Of a DNA stretch of 61,577 bases, positions 23,707-31,505 are shown piece after piece; the first letter of the stretch is position 1; the number at the start of each line of letters is the position of its first letter. A program made the position numbers and the translations under genes. The DNA is from a virus: positions 1-61,577 of IMG/VR virus record IMGVR_UViG_3300035670_000212; one strand, written 5' to 3'. Below the pieces are notes generated by a model. The model searched no databases, was not told the DNA's origin, and saw only the letters and a program-made list of their open reading frames with translations.

Positions 23707-23988
23707 ATGGACATCAAGAGCAAGCAGCCAGGCGAAGTCGAGGACTTCGACGTGGACTTCACGCGCCGCCTCGGCAGCGACGACACGGTGCTGTCGATGC
23801 AGGCGTTCGTGGTCGATGGCGACGAATTCCTCTTCATCGAGAAGACTTCCGTGCTGGAAGGGGTGCGCGGGAAAGTCTGGCTCTCGGGCGGCACCAACAA
23901 GGCCACCTACAAGATCACCGGCTACGGCGTGACCCAGAACGGGCGCGTGATCGAATTCGATTTTCTGCTGTACGTGAGGGACGAATAA
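23707..23988 (+). CDS. Small virion-module protein (93 aa)
   Basis: AAGGGGAGAGC precedes ATG 23707. Confidence 0.6.
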   Translation: MDIKSKQPGEVEDFDVDFTRRLGSDDTVLSMQAFVVDGDEFLFIEKTSVLEGVRGKVWLSGGTNKATYKITGYGVTQNGRVIEFDFLLYVRDE

Positions 23989-23989
23989 C

Positions 23990-24724
23990 ATGAAACTGAA
24001 AATGACGAACTTCGCGCAGTCCACGCTGGCGGGCGCGCTGACCGATACGGCCACTACCGTGCTGCTCGCGCCGGGCGAGGGCGCGCGCTTCCCGGCGCTC
24101 GCCGCCAACGAATACTTCCCGCTGGTGCTGGTCAAGATCGTGGCGGGCGAGGCCGTGCGCGAGATCGTCCACGTCACCGCGCGCACGAACGATTCCTGCA
24201 CCGTGATCCGGGCGCGCGAGAGCACCACCGCGCAAGCGTTCGCCTCGGGCGACTATGCGGGCCACCATCCGACCGCCGCAGGCATGGCGAGCAAGATGGA
24301 TGTGGACGGCGGCACCTTCGCTGGTCCCGTGGCCTTCGGCGACCAGCCACTGACGGGCGCGGCCTTGCAGGATTGCGGCGACAAGTCGGCCACCGTGGGC
24401 GCGCCCACCGGCACCGTGCACACCATCGACTACCGCAATGGATCGCACCAGGTCTGGAACCCGCCGCCCGGCCCGTGCACACTCATCATCACGAACTGGC
24501 CTCCCGCAGGCATCAACGGCGCGCTGTGGATTCGCGGCACCAACCTCGGGCTGTGCACCATCACGACCCAGACCGCGATTGCCTACCTGAAGTCGGACGG
24601 CACGTACACGACCACTACTTCCCTGAACACGAACCAAGGCGCGACCCTGCGCACCAATGGCGTGGATCAGGTCATGTTCTGGGGCCATACCGGCGCGCCC
24701 ATCGAAGGCAAGGTTGCACGATAA
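23990..24724 (+). CDS. Tail protein (244 aa)
   Basis: The N-terminal NFAQSTLAGALTDTATTVLLAPGEGARFP...REIVHVTARTNDSCTVIRARESTTAQAF pattern is common at N-termini of phage tail/fibre proteins. Confidence 0.65.
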   Translation: MKLKMTNFAQSTLAGALTDTATTVLLAPGEGARFPALAANEYFPLVLVKIVAGEAVREIVHVTARTNDSCTVIRARESTTAQAFASGDYAGHHPTAAGMASKMDVDGGTFAGPVAFGDQPLTGAALQDCGDKSATVGAPTGTVHTIDYRNGSHQVWNPPPGPCTLIITNWPPAGINGALWIRGTNLGLCTITTQTAIAYLKSDGTYTTTTSLNTNQGATLRTNGVDQVMFWGHTGAPIEGKVAR

Positions 24725-24739
24725 CGATATGGAGAAGCA

Positions 24740-25291
24740 ATGCGAAAAATACTTCTGGGAGTTGCCATGAGCGCCGTCATGATGCTGCTGCTCGCCTGCG
24801 GCGGCGCACAGCTGAAAACCGTCACCTTCAACAGCAATGCGACCTGGATTGCACCATCGACCACCACGCGGCTGGAATCGATGTCCGGCTACGGTGCGGC
24901 AGGCCAGCCTGAATCGCCGGGCGATTGGGGTTATGACGTAACCATCGTCACCAAGTATTACAAGAATGGTGTCCTGCAATCCACCGTCACGTCATCGGAC
25001 ACGGTCTACTATGAAAGCGCACCGGCTGACTACTGCAACGGCAGTCAGAATAGCAACGGTGAATCGTCGGAGACTTGCTACTACCATAGCAGCTTCGACA
25101 ATTCGAGTCCTGCGACTACCGGCGCGAGCACGCGCATGACCGGGCCGAGCGGATTTAGCCGCACCTTCCCCGGCGGCACGGGTGGACCTGCATCCGTGAC
25201 GACCTTCAGCAACGTGACCGTCAACCCGAACGGCTCGTATTCCGTTGTCGTTCCTGCTGGCGGTTCGCTGACCATCACCTACCTGGAATAA
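24740..25291 (+). CDS. Lipoprotein paralog of the glycine-rich tail-associated protein (183 aa)
   Basis: Signal peptide with lipobox LLLAC|GG. FNSNATWIAP... and C-terminal GGTGGPASVTTFSNVTVNPNGSYSVVVPAGGSLTITY parallel 21796..22395. Confidence 0.65.
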   Translation: MRKILLGVAMSAVMMLLLACGGAQLKTVTFNSNATWIAPSTTTRLESMSGYGAAGQPESPGDWGYDVTIVTKYYKNGVLQSTVTSSDTVYYESAPADYCNGSQNSNGESSETCYYHSSFDNSSPATTGASTRMTGPSGFSRTFPGGTGGPASVTTFSNVTVNPNGSYSVVVPAGGSLTITYLE

Positions 25292-25294
25292 GCC

Positions 25295-27040
25295 ATGTCC
25301 ATCATCAAGCTGACCGGGTTCGCAGGTGAAATGCCGCGCATCACGCCGCGCCTACTGCCCGCCACTGCGGCGCAGCTGGCGCAATCGGTGCGCCTGGAAG
25401 ATGGCGAGCTGTCGCCGTTTAGGAAACCCTTCCTCGTCCAGCAGCTTGACGGCGCGGAACCGGGGCAGGTCAAAACGATCTACCGCCACCTCGGCCAGTG
25501 GCTGTATTGGGACAAGATCGTGCATGCGGTTCCTGGCCCGGTCGCGCAGGACCGCCTCTACTTCACGGGCGACGGCGTGCCCAAGATGCGCGTCGGCGGC
25601 GTCACGTACCCGCTCGCCCTGACCGCGCCAACCACCAAGCTGACGGCGGTTGTCACTGGCACCGTCAACCCGTCCCTGTCGGCAACGCGCCTGTACCTCT
25701 ACACGCGCGTGACGCAGTTCGGCGAAGAGTCTGAACCCAGCCCGATCAGCAGCGATGTCGTGGTCTCGCCGGGAAACACCGTCACCCTGTCCGGCTTCGT
25801 GGCAGCGCCAGCCGGGCGCGGCTATGCAACCCAGCGCATCTACCGCTCGCAGACCGGCACCACGGGCGGCGCGAACCTGTTCCTGATCGCTGAGCGCGGC
25901 GACACCACGGCAGATTTCGTGGACAACGTGCCATTGAACAGCTTTGCTGAACCGCTGCCGTCGCTCGAATGGAATCCGCCTCCAGCTGGTTTGAAGGGCT
26001 TGGTCGCCATGCCGAACGGGATGATGGCGGGGTATGTCGGCAAAGACCTGTACCTGTGCGAGCCATACCGCCCGCATGCATGGCCGGAAAAATACGTGCT
26101 GACCACGAACTTCGACATCACCGGCCTGGCTGTCACTGGCACCACGCTTGTTGTCGGCACCAAGGGATGGCCGGAACTGGTATCGGGCACCGCGCCGGAC
26201 ACCATGACGATGGAGCGCGTCGAATTGTCGATGCCGTGCCTGAGTGAGAAGGGCATGATCGACATGGGCTACGCCGCCCTGTATCCGTCGAACGATGGCC
26301 TCGTCATGGTGCAGAACGGCTCGCCCTCGCTCATCTCGGGGCCGCTCCTGACGCGCGACCAGTGGCAACGACTGGACCCGGCAACGCTGGTGTGCGGCCA
26401 GTTCTACGGGCGTTTTTACGCCTCGTACCGCTACACGGACAGCGACAACCTGCTCCAGCAGGGAACGCTGATCTTCGACATCACGGGCGAACAGCCCTAC
26501 CTGATCCGCAGCCAGCACCGCGCGGACGCCATGTTCTACGACGTGACGGACAACCGCCTGTATCTGGCAATCGGCACCGGCATCTACGAGTGGGATTCGC
26601 TGCTGTCGGATAACGACATCATGACGTACCGCAGCAAGGCATACCTGACACCGCAGCCGACCAGCTTTGGCGCGATCATGGTCGAGGGGGATGATAGCCA
26701 AGACCCTGACGCCCTGATAGCGTACAACGCCGCGCGCTCCGAAATCACGGCGGCGAACAACGCGCGCATGGCCGCGCATACGCTCGATGGCGCGCTGGGC
26801 CTGACGCCGATGGGCGAACTGCCGATGGCGGGCGACAAGCTGCTGGCGATGCCTCCTGGTCCGCAAATCTCGGTGAACATCTACGCCGACAGCGAGTTCC
26901 TTGCCACCATCAACACCATCGGCGAAGTAGAACGCCTGCCGCCCGTGCTCGCGCGCCAGTGGGAAGTCGAGGCGGTCGGCAATATCAACATTCAGGAAAT
27001 CACCATGGCGGGCACCGCCCAAGAACTGCGAGGCGCTTGA
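25295..27040 (+). CDS. Large virion structural protein (581 aa)
   Basis: ORF track. Located in the structural block. Confidence 0.7.
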   Translation: MSIIKLTGFAGEMPRITPRLLPATAAQLAQSVRLEDGELSPFRKPFLVQQLDGAEPGQVKTIYRHLGQWLYWDKIVHAVPGPVAQDRLYFTGDGVPKMRVGGVTYPLALTAPTTKLTAVVTGTVNPSLSATRLYLYTRVTQFGEESEPSPISSDVVVSPGNTVTLSGFVAAPAGRGYATQRIYRSQTGTTGGANLFLIAERGDTTADFVDNVPLNSFAEPLPSLEWNPPPAGLKGLVAMPNGMMAGYVGKDLYLCEPYRPHAWPEKYVLTTNFDITGLAVTGTTLVVGTKGWPELVSGTAPDTMTMERVELSMPCLSEKGMIDMGYAALYPSNDGLVMVQNGSPSLISGPLLTRDQWQRLDPATLVCGQFYGRFYASYRYTDSDNLLQQGTLIFDITGEQPYLIRSQHRADAMFYDVTDNRLYLAIGTGIYEWDSLLSDNDIMTYRSKAYLTPQPTSFGAIMVEGDDSQDPDALIAYNAARSEITAANNARMAAHTLDGALGLTPMGELPMAGDKLLAMPPGPQISVNIYADSEFLATINTIGEVERLPPVLARQWEVEAVGNINIQEITMAGTAQELRGA

Positions 27041-27306
27041 TGTATCCACCACCACGAAAACGCACGCCACCGGAAGTCATCGCGCAGAACGAGAGGAATC
27101 AGGCGCTGACCGGAACGCGCAGCGACGCCGCGCCCGAACGCGCCGCCGTCACGCGCGAGCAGGCGGCGTCCCTCGGCATCGTCCAGCTGCGCGCCGCCCG
27201 CGTCTCAGCCGCACCGACGATGGACCAATACAACGCCCTCTTGACCGACATGCAGCAGATCGCCCTCGCCCTGAACGCCATGGGTGCAAAATTCGTCCTG
27301 CCATGA
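27040..27306 (+). CDS. Small hypothetical protein (88 aa)
   Basis: TGATG coupling at 27040, in the frame of ORF 26959..27306. Confidence 0.5.
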   Translation: MYPPPRKRTPPEVIAQNERNQALTGTRSDAAPERAAVTREQAASLGIVQLRAARVSAAPTMDQYNALLTDMQQIALALNAMGAKFVLP

Positions 27307-27351
27307 CGATAGTGTTATCGCTCGGCAACACAAATGCTTTAAAATGCGGCA

Positions 27352-27792
27352 ATGACAGCGCTGATCTATAACCGTCGAGAAGAGTTGCTTTCGTGGGCAT
27401 GCGTGCGCATCGGCATCGCTTCTTTCCGGGGTGACGCGCATGCGATTGGGCTGGAGAGCGAAGGGCGGATCGTGGCTGTGTGTGTTTTCGATTCATTCTC
27501 CAGCTTCGACTGCGCGATGCACATTGCGAGCGATGGCAGCGGGCACTGGTTGACGCGGGATTTCCTGAAGGCGTGCTTCTCGTACCCATTCATCCAGTGC
27601 AAATACCGGCGCGTCTACTCGCCCATCGCAAAGTCGAACGAGCGGGCGCTGCGCTTCAACCTGAAGCTCGGCTTCAAGGTCGAGGGAATCCACCCGTTCG
27701 GCGCGAAAGATGGCGACTTGATAACCACGGGGCTGCTGCGCGAATCGTGCCGCTTCATCCCGAAGCAATACCAACACATGAGGAAGGACTGA
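27352..27792 (+). CDS. GNAT-family N-acyltransferase-like protein (146 aa)
   Basis: ...RRVYSPIAKSNERALRFNLKLGFKVEGIHPFGAKDGDLI... matches the GNAT C-terminal beta-alpha-beta pattern. Lower-GC leader. Confidence 0.6.
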   Translation: MTALIYNRREELLSWACVRIGIASFRGDAHAIGLESEGRIVAVCVFDSFSSFDCAMHIASDGSGHWLTRDFLKACFSYPFIQCKYRRVYSPIAKSNERALRFNLKLGFKVEGIHPFGAKDGDLITTGLLRESCRFIPKQYQHMRKD

Positions 27793-27794
27793 CC

Positions 27795-28958
27795 GTGGGC
27801 AAGGATTCCAAGCCAGCTCCAGCACCTGACCCGCTAATCGGTCAGGCCGCACAGCAAAACGTCGAGCTTGGGCGCGAGGCGCTTGCCTTCGCGCGCCAGC
27901 AGTACGAAGAGGGCAAGATTCGCCAGGAAGACCTGGACGAACTGACGAAGAAGGTGGCCGATTCGGCGCTTGCTTCGCAGGGCAAATCCGAGGAATGGGC
28001 GCTGCAAGACCGCGACATCTCGAACCAGCTTCGCGGCAAGTACGACGCATGGGCGAATCAGGACCGCGTTACAGGCCAGGCCACGAAGGCGTGGTCGGAT
28101 GGCGTCGCGGATTCGCTGCTGAACAACGCCGCGATGTACGAGAAGACCTACGGCGCGGAAGCGGCGCGCCAGTCGGAGTTCGGGCAGGAAGAAGTGGCGC
28201 GCTACCGCGACAAGTTCCGCCCCGTGCAGGATCAGATCGTCAGCGATGCGATGACGTGGGACAGTGCAGGCCGCCTTGATTCGGAAGCGGCCAAGGCCAA
28301 GTCTGACGTGATGTCGAATGCGCAGGCGCAGCGCGACGCCAGCCAGCGCTCCATGATGTCCATGGGCGTGAACCCGAACAGCGGGCGATTTGCGGGCGTC
28401 GAGCGAGCCACCGACACCATGACGGCGCTGGGGGCGGCTGGCGCGCAGAACAGCGCGCGTGACAATGCACGCATGCAGGCGCAGCAGCTTCGTGGGCAGG
28501 CGGCATCGCTCGGCCAGCAGGTGCTGGCGAACGGCCAGCAGGCAAACCAAATTTCGCTGTCAGCGGTCGGCGCTGGACAGCAAGCACGTCTCGCAGGAAC
28601 GTCGGCGGCGATGCAGGCCAAGAACCTGGGGCTGGCGGCGGCAGGCATCGGCAATACGTCAGCGGGCCTGTCGGTGGGCAATCAGGGAGCGGGCTATCAG
28701 GGCATCGGCTCAGGCATCCAGGCGGGCAACGCCGCCATCGGCGCGACCCAAGCTGGAACGCAAGGTTGGATGTCGAATAACGGTGTGATGCAGGGCGGCT
28801 TCGGCACGGCCATAGGCGCAAATCAATCCGGTGCAGGCATCGCCAATGGTCTGTACGGCAACCAACTCAATGCGTGGGGCATGCAGCAGCAGGCCAATGC
28901 AACTAACAATTCCACGATCGGCGCTCTGTTGGGAACCGGCGCAGCGCTGTATATGTGA
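27795..28958 (+). CDS. Internal virion / ejection-type protein (387 aa), Gln/Gly/Ala-rich C-terminus
   Basis: GAGGAAGGA, then GTG 27795, in ORF 27480..28958. Coiled-coil N-terminal half. The C-terminal half is low-complexity G/A/Q/N. Confidence 0.6.
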   Translation: MGKDSKPAPAPDPLIGQAAQQNVELGREALAFARQQYEEGKIRQEDLDELTKKVADSALASQGKSEEWALQDRDISNQLRGKYDAWANQDRVTGQATKAWSDGVADSLLNNAAMYEKTYGAEAARQSEFGQEEVARYRDKFRPVQDQIVSDAMTWDSAGRLDSEAAKAKSDVMSNAQAQRDASQRSMMSMGVNPNSGRFAGVERATDTMTALGAAGAQNSARDNARMQAQQLRGQAASLGQQVLANGQQANQISLSAVGAGQQARLAGTSAAMQAKNLGLAAAGIGNTSAGLSVGNQGAGYQGIGSGIQAGNAAIGATQAGTQGWMSNNGVMQGGFGTAIGANQSGAGIANGLYGNQLNAWGMQQQANATNNSTIGALLGTGAALYM

Positions 28959-29713
28959 TGCGAACCGACGAAGAAATGACGCATTACCTGAATTGCGTTC
29001 TGGCACGCCACGACCGCATCGCCTTGCAGGTCTCGGGCGGAAAGGATTCGCTTGCCGTGCTCGAACTGCTGCGCCCGCACTGGCACAAGCTGACGGTGTA
29101 CTGGCTCAACACTGGCGACCCGTACCCGGAAACCGTCGACGTAATGGATTGGGCCAAATCCGAGGTGCCTTTCTTCGTGGAGGTGCAAGGCAATCAGCCG
29201 CAGGTGGTCAACATGTTCGGCATTCCGTCCGACATCGTACCCGTCAGCCGCACACAGTTGGGTGTGGCAGTGTCGGGCAGGCTGGCGCAAGTGATTCAGG
29301 ATCGTTACGCATGCTGCGCACGCGTTCTCATGAACCCGATGCATGAACGCATGGTCGCCGATGGCATCACGCTCATCATCCGTGGTCAAAAGGATGATGA
29401 CACCTACAAATCTCCGCTTCGCTCAGGTGCGGTGGTCGATGGCGTCGAACTTCTGTTTCCCATCGAGGACTGGACGCAGAGCGACGTGATGTCCTACCTG
29501 ACGCAGAAAGGTGTGCCGATCCCGCGCTTCTACCGCCACATGGATAGTGCACCCGACTGCATGACCTGCTCTGCATGGTGGGAGAATGGTGCGGCAAAGT
29601 ATCTAAAAAAATACCATCCAGAGGCACATCGCGAAGTACAGGCCCGGCTGGACATCATCAACGAAGCAGTCGGCGTGCACATCGCCGCATTCAATATTGA
29701 GGTGAACACATGA
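28958..29713 (+). CDS. PAPS-reductase / PP-loop ATP-pyrophosphatase family protein
   Basis: SGGKDS PP-loop in ...RIALQVSGGKDSLAVLELL.... C-terminal CMTC Cys pair. TGATG start coupling. Confidence 0.75.
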   Translation: MRTDEEMTHYLNCVLARHDRIALQVSGGKDSLAVLELLRPHWHKLTVYWLNTGDPYPETVDVMDWAKSEVPFFVEVQGNQPQVVNMFGIPSDIVPVSRTQLGVAVSGRLAQVIQDRYACCARVLMNPMHERMVADGITLIIRGQKDDDTYKSPLRSGAVVDGVELLFPIEDWTQSDVMSYLTQKGVPIPRFYRHMDSAPDCMTCSAWWENGAAKYLKKYHPEAHREVQARLDIINEAVGVHIAAFNIEVNT

Positions 29714-31128
29714 GCGGATTCGGACTGGCTGGCTTTGCAAACGGCCTGAACAACGGTCTTCAGTTGGGCATGCGTATCAACGAACTGCGCGACCAGCACA
29801 AGATAGCGAAAATCCGCGAGCAGGGCATCGCAGAAGCAAAGGCGCTGCAAGCAAAGGCCGCGCCGCAGGTGCAGGACAACGGCGACATGCAGAACCTGAC
29901 CGCGAACCCGCAGGCAAGCCGCGATCCGAACGCCAACCCGGACATCATGGGTGCGCTCGGCGCGGTCCCGTCGCTCGCACAGCAGGCGCAGCAGCAAACG
30001 CCGCCGCAGCCGACCGAGTTTGCCCGCTCGATTCCGCCAGAACAGGTTCCGCTGTCGTCCATGCCGATGTCTTCGCCAGTGCCAGGCGCACAGCCTGAAG
30101 CGCCGGGCTTCGCCAGCGGCATGCCGGAACTGACCCGCAAGCGCTTCAGCGCGGGCGACAAGCAGTTCGACACCAAGGAAGAAGCAGACTCCTACGCCAA
30201 GAGCCAGATGCCGGACATCGAGACTTTCTACGCCAAGACGCTGGTTCCGCGCATGAAGGAACAGCTGATGTCGATGGGGCGCGTGGAAGACGCGGCGAAG
30301 TGGGAAAAGTACGCCGAAGAGTCCAAGGCCAAGGGCGACATGAAGACGTGGGGCAGGGCACTCCAGTTCGCGCAGGGCGGCGACTACGAGAATGCGGCCA
30401 CCCAGCTGATGAAGCTGTACCCGGACTACGACGACGGCTTCGAGCTGGTGTCGAGCAAGAAGGACAAGGGGCCGAACGGCGAAGACGGTTTTACGATGAA
30501 GGTCAAGGACTCCGAGGGCAACGTGCGCGAAGTTTTCCACGACTCCAAGACGATCACCGAAGTGGGCCTGGCGCAACTGTCGCCCATCGAGATGTTCCAG
30601 CAGCGCCTGAAGCGCCAGACCGCCGCCGAAACACTGGCCGCGCGCGAAGCCATCGACCGTCGCAACGACGAGCGCACTTTCTCGTCCCGCGCTACCATCG
30701 AGGCAACCAAGGAGCAGGGGCGCAACGAGCGTCAAGAAGCTAAGATCGAGGCGACTGAAAAGCGCGACGAGAAGTTGGAAGCTGGCCGCAATCAGCGCCA
30801 AGACAAGGCGCTCGCCGCTCGCATAGAGGCCGATGCAAAACGGCTTGCCGCCAACTTGACCAAGGGCGAGCCTCCTGAGCGGCAATACATGAAGGCGCTG
30901 GAGATGGTTGAGCAGGGTAAATTTGCGGCAGTTCAAACCACTGAGCAGAAAGATGAATTGGCGCGAGCGCTTGTAGCGCAAGCAAAGAAATTTGCGGCTG
31001 ACCAATCTGGCGTAAATTCCCAGCCTACCACTTCCGCACCTGCTGGCGGCGTTGCCAATCCTTTCGGTAGTGGCGAAAAGCCGAAAGGTGTGCCAGTATT
31101 CCGTAACGGGAAAATCGAATATCGTTAA
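29710..31128 (+). CDS. Internal virion protein candidate (472 aa)
   Basis: ATGA overlap. Gly-rich N-terminus, then a long charged coiled-coil-like region. Confidence 0.6.
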   Translation: MSGFGLAGFANGLNNGLQLGMRINELRDQHKIAKIREQGIAEAKALQAKAAPQVQDNGDMQNLTANPQASRDPNANPDIMGALGAVPSLAQQAQQQTPPQPTEFARSIPPEQVPLSSMPMSSPVPGAQPEAPGFASGMPELTRKRFSAGDKQFDTKEEADSYAKSQMPDIETFYAKTLVPRMKEQLMSMGRVEDAAKWEKYAEESKAKGDMKTWGRALQFAQGGDYENAATQLMKLYPDYDDGFELVSSKKDKGPNGEDGFTMKVKDSEGNVREVFHDSKTITEVGLAQLSPIEMFQQRLKRQTAAETLAAREAIDRRNDERTFSSRATIEATKEQGRNERQEAKIEATEKRDEKLEAGRNQRQDKALAARIEADAKRLAANLTKGEPPERQYMKALEMVEQGKFAAVQTTEQKDELARALVAQAKKFAADQSGVNSQPTTSAPAGGVANPFGSGEKPKGVPVFRNGKIEYR

Positions 31129-31225
31129 ACAGCGCCATCCAGTACACGGGCAATAAAACCCATTCTGGCACCGCCCCGCTGCGTGAATATAGGGCGGTGA
31201 AATAGAAAACTATGGAGGATTCAAA

Positions 31226-31321
31226 ATGAAAGAGGGCATCGGCGTGGCAGAGGGCATCGGTGGCGCGATCAGCGACGGCATCGGCGGCGCAATTACGCAG
31301 GAAGGAACTGGAATCGTCTAG
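31226..31321 (+). CDS. 31-aa glycine-zipper peptide (MKEGIGVAEGIGGAISDGIGGAITQEGTGIV), not in the ORF track
   Basis: GGAGGA, 6 nt, then ATG 31226. Repeated (E/D)GIGGAI units. A strong terminator lies downstream. Confidence 0.45.
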   Translation: MKEGIGVAEGIGGAISDGIGGAITQEGTGIV

Positions 31322-31414
31322 CATTTGCCAAGCGGGACATTTTGTCCCATACTGCAATCCTTGCTTGTACGGCCCTGTTCGATAACGTGATTTCGTTGCA
31401 GGGCTGGCGACCTT

Positions 31415-31445
31415 GAGGCTGCTTTCGAGCAGCCTTTTCTTTTTC
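31415..31445 (+). terminator. Rho-independent terminator with a UUCG tetraloop
   Basis: Stem aggctgct (31416-31423) / agcagcct (31428-31435), loop ttcg, then ttttctttttt. Confidence 0.8.
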
Positions 31446-31460
31446 CGCAGGGCAATCTGA

Positions 31461-31491
31461 CGTAGAATTAGTGCCATCCAACAATTCTACG
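31461..31491 (+). promoter_or_regulatory. 9-bp perfect inverted repeat upstream of the giant gene
   Basis: cgtagaatt ... aattctacg with a 13-nt spacer, 15 nt before GTG 31506. Confidence 0.4.
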
Positions 31492-31505
31492 CGCGAGGCC
31501 CGCCA

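Noticed and set aside
27307-27351. Possible promoter in the AT-rich leader of the GNAT gene (ttatcg ... taaaat) with a gtgtt/aacac mini-hairpin.
   Set aside because: The -35 match is poor at any allowed spacing. It is not strong enough to report as a feature.
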